Assembly: GCA_050329675.1 (NCBI GenBank)
Contig: JBHJOO010000110.1
Coordinates: 8,312 to 32,311, forward strand
Origin: Balneolaceae bacterium
GTDB lineage: Bacteria; Bacteroidota; Rhodothermia; Balneolales; Balneolaceae
Direction of reading: 5' to 3'
Length of the DNA: 24,000 nucleotides
A program made the position numbers and the translations under genes. Position 1 is the stretch's first letter. Each line of letters begins with the position of its first letter. Below the pieces are notes generated by a model. It saw nothing but the letters and a program-made list of their open reading frames with translations, made no database searches and was not told the DNA's origin. This document shows, in pieces, positions 6,353-17,315 of this stretch.

Positions 6353-7693
6353 TTATAATCCAAGCTTCTCAAACCGGGCCTGGAATTGCCGGATGGCATA
6401 GTTAAGAAACCATTCTTTTTCAAGGCCAAAGGGAACCACATCATATTGATCGAAAATTTCATGAATTATATTGGTTGCATCATTTAAAAGTATTTCAAGC
6501 TCTGATTCCATTAAGGATTTTAAATTAGGGTTTTCGTCAAGCAGCCGGTTGATGAAATAAAGCCCGAATGCAATGTGTCTTGATTCATCTCTCTTAAGGT
6601 GTTTTAATCCTTCGCGTAATCCCGGCATCAGATCATTATCCTCCAACATTTTAAAATAGGCTTCATATCCGGTTTCGGCTAAGGTACCCTCAACGATCAT
6701 ATTATATATAATGGATGCCCGGAGCTGACTCTGCACAGATTTGTCAACTTCAAGCCGATGTAATGCGGATGGAAGTTTATCATAGAAAATAATTTTGTAA
6801 AATGGTTTGTGGTATTTATTAAAGTCCGGCTTTATATCCATCACCTTATTCACAAAAAGAGAAAAAAACTCTGTGTGTTTAGCCTCTTCCCACAAAAAAG
6901 ATGTCAGATAGATCTCCTCTTCAATTCGCTGTTCTGATGCGACCACATTTATTAATGGTAACAGATCAAGAGTAACGGCTTCCTCACCGGCCATGAATAA
7001 TGAGGATAGGTGAATAAGAATCCCCTTTTCTTCTTCTGTGAATTGATCCCATTGCTCACAGTCTTTTTCAAATGATATATTGGATGGATTCCATATACCC
7101 AATTGTTTTGATTTTTGGAAAAGCTGCAATGGAAAACTTTCGTGGTTAAGCCCCTTTGTGGTACTTATATATTTTTCTCGCTGATTATATATATAACCGT
7201 TAGGTTCATTTTCAGAATTTTTTAAGATGCTTTTATTTATCTGAACATCAGAGGGCGCGGTTTTTAAAAGAGCCTTTGCCGATTTATGATGAATGGACAG
7301 CAATGTATAACTTCCTTTTTCGATTTTCAGCTTTTTTTTCAAGATTTGCATCATGGGATCTTTTTTGTGTAATATCAATTGCACCCATTCCTTTTCAGCA
7401 GCCGAAATAACAATATCCGTCTCTGTAATGTCATTTGGAAAAGCATAACGCAGAGTTTCACAAATACCGTTTTTAAGATCGAGATAAAAACCAATAGCAT
7501 CAGGATCATCAAATTGGTGGAAGCCGGTCTCGAATTTTAAAATTATTGGTGCGTTCCAGTTTAAACCTGCTTTATAGTACTCTTCACTGTTATTGATTGA
7601 TTTTTCCCACTTTTCAATCCATTTTTCTGTAAACAAATCGTTTACCTCTGACTCATTTTTCTTTTTCTTTCCAAACCACATTATGTTCTCCAT
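6353..7693 (-). CDS. Fusion protein: an N-terminal SCP2 (sterol/lipid carrier) domain plus a C-terminal R2-like ligand-binding oxidase (ferritin-like di-metal carboxylate protein of the RNR-R2 superfamily)
   Basis: The C-terminal part carries the full R2-type ligand set: GEEAV (E), EEAKH (ExxH), YNMIVEG (E, with Tyr at -5) and DESRH (ExxH). The N-terminal part, about 150 aa, matches the SCP2 pattern (FYLDLKNGICE ... TDIVISAAEKEWVQLILHKKDPMMQILKKKLKIEKG), compared with human SCP2 (VVDVKNGKG ... [36 protein letters not shown]). Confidence 0.8.
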   Translation of the reverse strand: MENIMWFGKKKKNESEVNDLFTEKWIEKWEKSINNSEEYYKAGLNWNAPIILKFETGFHQFDDPDAIGFYLDLKNGICETLRYAFPNDITETDIVISAAEKEWVQLILHKKDPMMQILKKKLKIEKGSYTLLSIHHKSAKALLKTAPSDVQINKSILKNSENEPNGYIYNQREKYISTTKGLNHESFPLQLFQKSKQLGIWNPSNISFEKDCEQWDQFTEEEKGILIHLSSLFMAGEEAVTLDLLPLINVVASEQRIEEEIYLTSFLWEEAKHTEFFSLFVNKVMDIKPDFNKYHKPFYKIIFYDKLPSALHRLEVDKSVQSQLRASIIYNMIVEGTLAETGYEAYFKMLEDNDLMPGLREGLKHLKRDESRHIAFGLYFINRLLDENPNLKSLMESELEILLNDATNIIHEIFDQYDVVPFGLEKEWFLNYAIRQFQARFEKLGL

Positions 7694-7843
7694 TTAAATT
7701 GAACCGTTAAAAGAGTATCTTTAAAGCGTAAAGTTCCACTCATTATAAGGAACGTTAAAAAGTAATAAATTAAATAAGTAAACATTTAATAAAAATGGCA
7801 CTTATTTAATTTTAAGTTACAGTATTAAAAATAAAACAAAAAG

Positions 7844-9733
7844 ATGAAGATCATTAATTCAACATATGATGTTATTGTTGTAGGTGGTGGTCATGCAGGA
7901 AGTGAGGCTGCAGGTGCTGCTTCTAAAATGGGCGCGAAAACACTTCTGGTTACAATGAATCTGGATGCTATAGCTAAAATGTCGTGTAATCCTGCAATGG
8001 GTGGCGTAGCTAAAGGACAGCTCATCAGAGAAATCGATGCACTGGGAGGTTTAAGTGGTCTTGTAAGCGATCAGTCTGGTGTTCAGTTCCGTATATTAAA
8101 CAAAAGCAAGGGGCCTGCAATGTGGAGCCCAAGATGCCAGAGTGATCGTAGTTTATATTCAAAAATAATGAGAGAATACCTTGAGAAGAGGGACAATCTT
8201 TTTTTCCGCCAGGATAATGTAGTTGATCTTATTACTGATGAAAAAGGAAGGGAAATCAAAGGAGTTCTTACTCAAACTGGTCAGAAATTTTATTCAAGAA
8301 CTGTGATTCTGACGAGCGGTACTTTTCTGAATGGTATCATCCATATTGGAGAAACACAATTTGGAGGTGGACGATCAGGAGACAGGGCATCAATTGGAAT
8401 TTCTGCTGCACTTGAAAAACTTGGTTTTAAAGTAGGTAGATTAAAAACCGGCACACCACCAAGAGTAGACGGCAGAACAATAGATTACGAAAAACTTGAA
8501 ATTCAACATGGTGATGAAGACCCGTCTCCTTTTTCATTTCTGACAACAAGTTTGCCGTCACTTGATGAGCAGTTAACCTGCTGGATCGGATATACCGATA
8601 AAAATGTCCACGATATTCTTAAAACCGGTTTTGACAGAAGCCCTATGTTTACCGGCCGAATTAAATCTGTCGGGCCGAGATACTGCCCAAGTATTGAAGA
8701 TAAAATTAATCGCTTTAGTGAGAGGGATAGCCATCAGTTATTTCTGGAACCGGAGGGATGGAATACTTACGAAATGTATTTAAACGGATTTTCAACATCT
8801 TTACCAGAAGATGTTCAATACAATGCACTGCGTTCGATTAAGGGTTTTGAGAATGTTAATATGATAAGGCCTGGTTATGCAATTGAGTATGATTATTTTC
8901 CACCATATCAGATTAAAAGATCATTAGAGACAAAAATTATAAATGGCCTTTATTTTGCCGGACAGATTAATGGGACTACCGGCTATGAAGAAGCGGCATG
9001 CCAGGGGTTAATGGCCGGTATTAATGCTGCATTAAAAATTTTAGGGAAAAATCCATTCATATTAAAGCGATCTGAGGCTTATATTGGTGTTTTATTTGAT
9101 GATCTGATAAATAAAGGCACTGAAGAACCGTACAGAATGTTTACATCAAGAGCTGAACACAGAATTCTTTTACGTCAGGATAATGCGGATTTACGATTAA
9201 CGGAACTTGGATATAATATCGGTCTTGCTGATGAAGAAAGGTTTAAGATATTTAAAAAGAAAAAAATAGAGATAGATCGATTACATGATTTATTGGCTGA
9301 ATATACAGTTAGGCCTGATGACTTGGATACTAAGTTAAAGGAACTAGGCACAACTCCACTATCTCAGCCGGTTAAAGCAAAAACAGTACTTACAAGGCCA
9401 CAGGTTCATCTTAAAGAAGTTATAGATTCATATAAAGCTCTTGCTGCTAAAGTAAAAGATATAACAATAGATAGATATGTTATTGAACAGGTAGAGATTC
9501 AAATAAAATATGCAGGTTATATCGAGAAAGAATTTGAGATGGTTGAAGAAATCCTGAAAAAAGAGCAGTCAGTTATACCCGAAAGGATTGATTATAACAA
9601 AATCCAAAGCCTCTCTACAGAGGGGAAGCAAAAACTTTCTAAAATTAAACCTGAAACAATAGGGCAGGCCAGCAGAATTAGTGGTGTTTCAGCTAGCGAT
9701 ATTGCTGTATTAATGGTATATCTGAAAAATTAA
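7844..9733 (+). CDS. mnmG: tRNA uridine 5-carboxymethylaminomethyl(34) synthesis enzyme MnmG (GidA)
   Basis: The FAD-binding N-terminus is YDVIVVGGGHAGSEAA. Also present are MSCNPAMGG, GPRYCPSIEDK, FLEPEG, GQINGTTGYEEAA and the C-terminal GQASRISGV; these match full-length MnmG. Confidence 0.95.
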   Translation: MKIINSTYDVIVVGGGHAGSEAAGAASKMGAKTLLVTMNLDAIAKMSCNPAMGGVAKGQLIREIDALGGLSGLVSDQSGVQFRILNKSKGPAMWSPRCQSDRSLYSKIMREYLEKRDNLFFRQDNVVDLITDEKGREIKGVLTQTGQKFYSRTVILTSGTFLNGIIHIGETQFGGGRSGDRASIGISAALEKLGFKVGRLKTGTPPRVDGRTIDYEKLEIQHGDEDPSPFSFLTTSLPSLDEQLTCWIGYTDKNVHDILKTGFDRSPMFTGRIKSVGPRYCPSIEDKINRFSERDSHQLFLEPEGWNTYEMYLNGFSTSLPEDVQYNALRSIKGFENVNMIRPGYAIEYDYFPPYQIKRSLETKIINGLYFAGQINGTTGYEEAACQGLMAGINAALKILGKNPFILKRSEAYIGVLFDDLINKGTEEPYRMFTSRAEHRILLRQDNADLRLTELGYNIGLADEERFKIFKKKKIEIDRLHDLLAEYTVRPDDLDTKLKELGTTPLSQPVKAKTVLTRPQVHLKEVIDSYKALAAKVKDITIDRYVIEQVEIQIKYAGYIEKEFEMVEEILKKEQSVIPERIDYNKIQSLSTEGKQKLSKIKPETIGQASRISGVSASDIAVLMVYLKN

Positions 9734-9735
9734 TC

Positions 9736-9751
9736 TGTTTCACGTGAAACA
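9736..9751. other. parS: parS centromere-like site, a perfect 16-bp palindrome TGTTTCACGTGAAACA
   Basis: It matches the canonical ParB-binding consensus TGTTNCACGTGAAACA exactly. It lies in the 10-nt gap between the mnmG stop and the rsmG start and contains the GTG start codon of rsmG (9744). Confidence 0.8.
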
Positions 9752-10385
9752 TCTGCGCAGTCTTAAACAAATTAATCTTGATCTCAATACGTATTACGAG
9801 ACTCGATTAAAATATAAAGAGAATGAGGGCGCTTATGATTTATATGCAGATAATCTGTTGTGGTGGAATGATAAAATAAACCTGATCAGCAGAAGTGTTT
9901 CACGTGAAACAGTGAGGGAGCACATCATACATTCTCTGCTTCCACTTCAAATAAACATATTAGACAAATCTGAGATCATTGTAGATGCGGGAACCGGTGG
10001 TGGGCTGCCGGGTATTCCTCTGGCAATATCAATGCCCGGTGTAAAATTCATTTTAAATGATATTGTTCAAAAAAAAATAATGGCTGTTAAGCAAATGGTT
10101 CGTGAATTAAATCTGGATAATGTAGAATATTTTCAGGGCCCCATTTCAGAATTAAGGGAAAAACAGTTATTTACACTTGTTTCCAAACATGCATTTAAAA
10201 CAGATGATTTAATGGAGATGGTGAAAGAGAAACCTTATGAAAAAATTGTATTGTACAAGGGAAATAAAGAAGGATTGTCTGAGACAAAAAAAACTGTGGC
10301 ATCAGAGGGGATTATATTTAACTTTGAATTTGGAAAGACGGTATCATTTTATGAAGGAAAGGGTATAATCGTTTTAAACAGGTAA
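9744..10385 (+). CDS. rsmG: 16S rRNA (guanine527-N7)-methyltransferase RsmG (GidB)
   Basis: It shows WNDKINLISRSVSRETVREHIIHSL and the SAM-binding motif VDAGTGGGLPGIPLA. It is in the conserved position directly after mnmG. The GTG start is inferred, as there is no upstream in-frame ATG. Confidence 0.9.
   Translation: MKHLRSLKQINLDLNTYYETRLKYKENEGAYDLYADNLLWWNDKINLISRSVSRETVREHIIHSLLPLQINILDKSEIIVDAGTGGGLPGIPLAISMPGVKFILNDIVQKKIMAVKQMVRELNLDNVEYFQGPISELREKQLFTLVSKHAFKTDDLMEMVKEKPYEKIVLYKGNKEGLSETKKTVASEGIIFNFEFGKTVSFYEGKGIIVLNR
9896..9911. other. parS: Second parS site, the identical perfect palindrome TGTTTCACGTGAAACA, inside the rsmG coding sequence
   Basis: The 16-mer is identical to the one at 9736-9751 and lies 160 bp downstream of it. 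It encodes the VSRET peptide of RsmG, a well-known location for parS. Confidence 0.8.
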
Positions 10386-10389
10386 TATT

Positions 10390-11337
10390 ATGGAAAGGCT
10401 GAAAAGCTCTGAAAGGAGAATGAAATTGATACTGATGTTGCAGGAGTCTAAAAAGAAATTAACAGCAGATGAGCTTGCTGACATTTTTGGGGTGAGCAGA
10501 AGAACAATATTCCGGGATTTAAATGTACTGTCAGAAATAAATGTACCGGTCACGTGGGATGAATACAGTGGATATGGAATCATGCCGGGATATAAAATTC
10601 CACCATTGATGTTTTCAACAAAAGAGCTGGCAACGATAGTTGTTGGTCTGAATTTTGTAAAATCACAGGTAGATAAAGAATTGGCTGACGATGCGAAAGG
10701 CGTAGAGATTAAAATCAGAAATGTTCTGCCGGAGAAATTGAGGGAATTTATGAGATCGATTGAAAACCGGACAATCGTGGATCCATTTATGCATTTTGGG
10801 ACAGATAAAAAAAGAGGCGGAGGATGGTATTTGATAACAAGTGCAATATCGCAACATAAAACGATTCAATTTGATTACATATCTAAAACCGATGACAAAA
10901 TAACTAAAAGAATAGTGGATCCGTTAATACTGGTATTTTATAAAGATCACTGGAATTTAATCGGGTTCTCTCATAAAAGAGAGTCAATTCGGAATTTTAT
11001 ACTTGACCGTATGTCAGATCTGGCAATTCTTGATCAAACATTTACAGAAAAAGAGGATTTTAACGCAGAGGCACTTATTTTTCGATCTGAAGAAAGATCC
11101 CATTTAGTAATAGTGGATATCGAAGGAGAGGTAGTTAGTCGATTTAAAGCAAACCTGCCAACTAAAATTATTAAGATATCTAAAATAAATCCTAATTTAT
11201 TTAAGATTGAGTTTAAATTCGATAACCTTGAATATTTGAATGAATGGTTAATGCAGTTTGCTGATAAAATAAAAATTATTCATCCGCACACTCTCAAATC
11301 AATGAGAAAAAAGTTGCTTCATAAAATGATGAATTAA
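10390..11337 (+). CDS. WYL-domain transcriptional regulator (YafY family: N-terminal HTH, central WYL, C-terminal WCX-like extension)
   Basis: The HTH is LTADELADIFGVSRRTIFRDLNVL. The WYL-type core is IQFDYISKTDDKITKRIVDPLILVFYKDHWNLIGFSHKRESIRNFILDRM. It starts 4 nt after the rsmG stop. Confidence 0.85.
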   Translation: MERLKSSERRMKLILMLQESKKKLTADELADIFGVSRRTIFRDLNVLSEINVPVTWDEYSGYGIMPGYKIPPLMFSTKELATIVVGLNFVKSQVDKELADDAKGVEIKIRNVLPEKLREFMRSIENRTIVDPFMHFGTDKKRGGGWYLITSAISQHKTIQFDYISKTDDKITKRIVDPLILVFYKDHWNLIGFSHKRESIRNFILDRMSDLAILDQTFTEKEDFNAEALIFRSEERSHLVIVDIEGEVVSRFKANLPTKIIKISKINPNLFKIEFKFDNLEYLNEWLMQFADKIKIIHPHTLKSMRKKLLHKMMN

Positions 11338-11358
11338 AATTTTAATTCAGGTTGTTTT

Positions 11359-13830
11359 TTATTCAACAACCGGAGCATCGCCTTCATCTTCATCTTCGTT
11401 AACGACCCTGGTGATTGCGGCAATTTTTCCATGTTCATCAAGTCGCATAATCCTGACACCCTGGGTATTTCTACCCATCGTTCTGATTCCTTTGCATTGC
11501 ATACGTATCACCTTCCCTCCTTCAGTAATGACCATGAGGTCATCATTATCAGACACTTCTTTCAGTGCAATGAGATTGCCGGTTTTAGGAGTGATTTTCA
11601 TTGTAATAACACCTTTACCGCCGCGGCTTTGTTCCCTGTAATCATTGACAAGAGAGCGCTTTCCATAACCATTTTCTGAAATGGCAAGAACAGTTGCCTC
11701 ATGAGTGTTTTTTATAACTACCATATCAACAAGTTCATCGTTCTTTGATAGTTTCATACCCCTAACACCGGAGGTATTCCGTCCCATGTCCCGTACATCA
11801 TCTTCACTAAACCGAATTGCGCGCCCGTTCTTATTACCAAGTATAATGGTACTATCTCCATCCGTTAATGCAGCACCCAGTAATTTGTCATCGTCTCTTA
11901 CATTTATAGCTATAATTCCATCGCGCCTGGGCCTGCTGTATGCTTCAAGAACCGTTTTCTTTACAAGGCCTTTCTTAGTGGCCATAATAATAAAATGATT
12001 ATTGATATAATCTTCATCATCCAGCGTTTTTACCGGGACAAATGTTTTAATACTGTCATCTTTATCAATATCAATCAGATTAACAATAGCCCGGCCGCGT
12101 GATAAACGTGACCCTTCCGGAATCTCGTAAACCCTGAGCCAATAACATTTACCTTTCTCGGTAAAAAACAGGATATAGTTATGATTGGTAGCAACAAACA
12201 GGTGTTCTACATATTCATCATCTTTTGTGGTTGTCCCTTTCATGCCTTTTCCACCGCGGCGTTGACGCCGATACCCGCTTACCGGCATCCTTTTAATAAA
12301 TCCTTTATTGGAAATAGTAACAACCACATCTTCGTCCGCGATCATATCCTCTATATTAAAATCATCCGCAGAATAAACAATTTGTGTTCGCCGCTCATCA
12401 CCATATCTATTTTTTAAATCGGTTAGTTCCTCTATTATGATTTCATCCTGTCGAGAACGGTCTGAGAGAATATTTCTGAATTCTGCAATCTTTTCGACTA
12501 TTTCTCTGTATTCGAGATCAATTTTATCTCTCTCCAGCCCAGTAAGTTTCTGTAATCGCATATCCAAAATCGCTTTTGCCTGTAAATCGGTTAAGGCAAA
12601 CTTTCTCCGAAGTTCATGGTTTGCTTCTTGCGGATTACTGGAAGCCCGAATTGTTTTAATAACCTCATCCAGGTTATCAAGTGCTATTTTCAATCCTTCC
12701 AATATATGGGCACGAGCTTCAGCCTGGTCCAGATCATAAATGGTTCGGCGAATAATAACTTCAATGCGATGTTCGATAAAATGCTTGATCAGCTCTTTAA
12801 GAGCCATAACCTTTGGCCGCCCCTGAACCAGGGCAAGATTTATAACACCAAATGTTTGCTGCATTTGTGTGTACTTGTACAATTGATTTAAAACAACACC
12901 TGTATTGGAGCCTCTCTTGAGCATTATTACAATGCGCATACCATCCCGGTCTGACTCATCCCGGATCTCGGATATTTCCGTAATCTTTTCTTCATTTACA
13001 AGATCCGCTATTTTCTCAATCAGAGTGGCTTTATTTACCTGATATGGAATTTCGGTGACAATGATTTGCTCCCGGTTACTGCGCATTTCTTCAACATTGG
13101 CCCTTGCCCGCATGGTAATTTTACCGCGTCCGGTTTCGTAAGCTTCTTTCACACCTTCATAACCGTATATTATACCTCCCGTTGGAAAGTCCGGTGCTTT
13201 GATATACTCCATCAATCCTTTTGAATCAATATCAGGGTCATTGATATAGGCTATGATGCCATCAATAACTTCATTTATATTGTGCGGTGGCATATTTGTA
13301 GCCATTCCAACAGCAATTCCAGAGGAACCGTTTAGCAAGAGATTGGGGAGCATGGATGGCAGAACAGTCGGTTCCGTAAGAGTATCATCAAAGTTATCCT
13401 GAAAATCGACTGTTTCTTTGTTCAGATCTGTGAGCATTTCCTCAGCAATTCGCTGCATGCGGACTTCTGTATACCGCATGGCTGCTGCAGAATCTCCATC
13501 AACAGAACCAAAATTACCCTGCCCGTCAACAAGAGGATACCGTAGAGAAAAATCCTGAACCATCCTCACGATAGTATCGTATACAGCAGAATCACCATGA
13601 GGATGATATTTACCGAGAACTTCACCTACAATCCGGGCACTTTTCTTGTAATTTCTGTTGTGAAGCATACCAAGATCACTCATTCCAAACAAAACACGCC
13701 GGTGTACAGGTTTGAGGCCATCCCGTACATCGGGTAAAGCACGGGATACAATCACTGACATCGAATAGTCGATGTATGATGACTGCATTTCATCTTCAAT
13801 GGTTATAGGAATGATTTTTTCACTTGCCAT
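11359..13830 (-). CDS. gyrA: DNA gyrase subunit A
   Basis: It shows DGLKPVHRR, the [15 protein letters not shown], the catalytic-Tyr motif AAMRYTE and C-terminal beta-pinwheel repeats. At 823 aa it has no intein. Confidence 0.97.
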   Translation of the reverse strand: MASEKIIPITIEDEMQSSYIDYSMSVIVSRALPDVRDGLKPVHRRVLFGMSDLGMLHNRNYKKSARIVGEVLGKYHPHGDSAVYDTIVRMVQDFSLRYPLVDGQGNFGSVDGDSAAAMRYTEVRMQRIAEEMLTDLNKETVDFQDNFDDTLTEPTVLPSMLPNLLLNGSSGIAVGMATNMPPHNINEVIDGIIAYINDPDIDSKGLMEYIKAPDFPTGGIIYGYEGVKEAYETGRGKITMRARANVEEMRSNREQIIVTEIPYQVNKATLIEKIADLVNEEKITEISEIRDESDRDGMRIVIMLKRGSNTGVVLNQLYKYTQMQQTFGVINLALVQGRPKVMALKELIKHFIEHRIEVIIRRTIYDLDQAEARAHILEGLKIALDNLDEVIKTIRASSNPQEANHELRRKFALTDLQAKAILDMRLQKLTGLERDKIDLEYREIVEKIAEFRNILSDRSRQDEIIIEELTDLKNRYGDERRTQIVYSADDFNIEDMIADEDVVVTISNKGFIKRMPVSGYRRQRRGGKGMKGTTTKDDEYVEHLFVATNHNYILFFTEKGKCYWLRVYEIPEGSRLSRGRAIVNLIDIDKDDSIKTFVPVKTLDDEDYINNHFIIMATKKGLVKKTVLEAYSRPRRDGIIAINVRDDDKLLGAALTDGDSTIILGNKNGRAIRFSEDDVRDMGRNTSGVRGMKLSKNDELVDMVVIKNTHEATVLAISENGYGKRSLVNDYREQSRGGKGVITMKITPKTGNLIALKEVSDNDDLMVITEGGKVIRMQCKGIRTMGRNTQGVRIMRLDEHGKIAAITRVVNEDEDEGDAPVVE

Positions 13831-13878
13831 GTGTCAATAAAAATTGGTTAAGAATGTAAATGAATGTTGCAGATGATA

Positions 13879-15834
<1,956 letters not shown>

Positions 15835-16157
15835 TCATAAATTGTATAGCCGTTGAATCGCTTGAAAATAGGGTTTAAAACCGCAAAATCAAAAAAAGAA
15901 GAGGTTTTTATTGATTGCACGAAAGATAAGCGCTTATACCGATTTTTGCAATGAAAATAATACGAGAAATATCAAGAAAATAATTTTAAAAATTATGAAT
16001 CAATACCCGAAAAAGAAAAGTTATAAACTAATATAATTTACTGGGAAGAAATGGAGCACAATTTTTTGTACAATAAATTATTTCTGCTTTGCAGATTGAA
16101 ATTAAAATGGATTAGCTGTATTTTTCTCTTCTATCAATTAAAAAGCATGAAATAAAT

Positions 16158-16403
16158 ATGGCACGCAGAGACGATATTACTGGTAAAGGCCCTCTCAACG
16201 GCTATCGATCTTCGAAGGCAAATAATAAAACCAAGCATCGGTTTCATCTGAATTTACAGAAACGAAGATTCTACATTCCGGAAGAAGATCGATGGATAAC
16301 TCTTAAGGTGTCAGCAAAAACATTGCGAACAATCAATAAAAATGGTATCACCAATGTTTTGAAAGAGGCTAAAAGAAAAGGGACATTGATCAAAGAGGTA
16401 TAA
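16158..16403 (+). CDS. rpmB: 50S ribosomal protein L28
   Basis: The sequence [39 protein letters not shown]... is a typical L28. Confidence 0.95.
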   Translation: MARRDDITGKGPLNGYRSSKANNKTKHRFHLNLQKRRFYIPEEDRWITLKVSAKTLRTINKNGITNVLKEAKRKGTLIKEV

Positions 16404-16404
16404 T

Positions 16405-16569
16405 ATGGCAAAAGGTACAAGAATTCAGGTTATATTGGAATGCACAGAGAAACCGGGCAGTTCGCGATATGTTACAATGAAAAATCGCAGAAATACACCT
16501 GATAGAATGGAATTAAAAAAATACAACCCGGTACTTAGAAAACATACCGTACACAAAGAAATAAAATAG
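16405..16569 (+). CDS. rpmG: 50S ribosomal protein L33 (54 aa, below the ORF-track size cutoff)
   Basis: I translated it by hand as [54 protein letters not shown]. It fits the L33 pattern (Y.T.KN...P.R.EL.KY.P....HT.H.E.K). The ATG is 1 nt after the rpmB stop. Confidence 0.9.
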   Translation: MAKGTRIQVILECTEKPGSSRYVTMKNRRNTPDRMELKKYNPVLRKHTVHKEIK

Positions 16570-16579
16570 TTCAATTATT

Positions 16580-16750
16580 ATGGCAAAGAATCAGGCATTT
16601 GGTGAAGAGGCTTTATTACGAAGAGCTGCCCATAGAAAAATGGCAAAAGTGGTGATTGCAACCAAAAACAGCAGAGGAAAATTTTCTTATAAGGAAGCTA
16701 TGGTTGATCAGGAAAACGTAAAAGAATTTATCCAAAAGAATAAAGCCTGA
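16580..16750 (+). CDS. Small conserved protein of the DUF4295 type (56 aa, below the ORF-track size cutoff)
   Basis: I translated it by hand as MAKNQAFGEEALLRRAAHRKMAKVVIATKNSRGKFSYKEAMVDQENVKEFIQKNKA. Its position immediately after rpmB-rpmG, its size and its lysine-rich composition match the small ORF that follows rpmG in FCB-group genomes. I recalled this family assignment and did not search for it. Confidence 0.65.
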   Translation: MAKNQAFGEEALLRRAAHRKMAKVVIATKNSRGKFSYKEAMVDQENVKEFIQKNKA

Positions 16751-16776
16751 TAAGAAGAGTCCAAAAAAATTTCAAA

Positions 16777-16812
16777 GGTTGCATTCAAAATAAGAATGTA
16801 ACCTTTTTTTTT
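16777..16812 (+). terminator. Rho-independent terminator of the rpmB-rpmG-DUF4295 operon
   Basis: The 10-bp stem GGTTGCATTC/GAATGTAACC (one G-U) has the 7-nt loop AAAATAA and is followed by a run of 9 T. Confidence 0.75.
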
Positions 16813-16850
16813 GTTTATTTTCTTAAATTCGGACAAAACAAGTATATAAA

Positions 16851-17306
16851 ATGAGCTTAAAAAAAAGAATTATTGAAGATCTAACAACAGCAATGAAAGA
16901 AAAAGATTCGTTGAAAGTTCAAGTTTTGCGATCTATAAAGTCAAAGCTGATGGAGAAGGAAATTAGTGAGAGAAAAGGAGGAGAGGCAACATTATCTGAT
17001 GAACAGTGTATAGAAGTATTAATGAAAGCAGCAAAACAGAGAAAGGAATCTATTGAGCAGTTTGAAAGCGGGTCGAGAAAAGATTTGGCGGAAAATGAAA
17101 AAAAGGAATTAAAAATAATTGAATCATATCTACCTCAGATGATGGCGGATGATGAAATACGAAAAGTAGTAAAACAAAAAAAGAATGAACTTGGACTATC
17201 GGGCTTGCAGGACATGGGTAAATTGATGGGAGTTCTGATGGCGGAATTGAAAGGAAAGGCAGAAGGTGAACGTGTAAGTAAGATAGTGAAAGATGAATTA
17301 AGTTAA
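16851..17306 (+). CDS. GatB/YqeY domain-containing protein
   Basis: Full-length resemblance to YqeY: LTTAMKEKD..KV.VLRSIKS, IESYLPQ, MGKLMGVLMAELKGKAEG..VSKIVK. Confidence 0.85.
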   Translation: MSLKKRIIEDLTTAMKEKDSLKVQVLRSIKSKLMEKEISERKGGEATLSDEQCIEVLMKAAKQRKESIEQFESGSRKDLAENEKKELKIIESYLPQMMADDEIRKVVKQKKNELGLSGLQDMGKLMGVLMAELKGKAEGERVSKIVKDELS

Positions 17307-17315
17307 GAGTGTTAT

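Noticed and set aside
11350-11371. The hairpin GGTTGTT-N8-AACAACC between the WYL gene and gyrA as a bidirectional terminator
   Set aside because: The stem is only 7 bp and AT-rich, its 3' arm lies inside the gyrA coding sequence, and no clean T-run follows on the plus strand. This is too weak to call.
11411-12891. A series of plus-strand ORFs (76-100 aa) listed in the ORF track inside the gyrA region
   Set aside because: They are antisense shadow ORFs lying wholly within the strongly supported gyrA coding sequence. They have low-complexity Ser/Ile/Phe-rich translations with no recognisable motifs.
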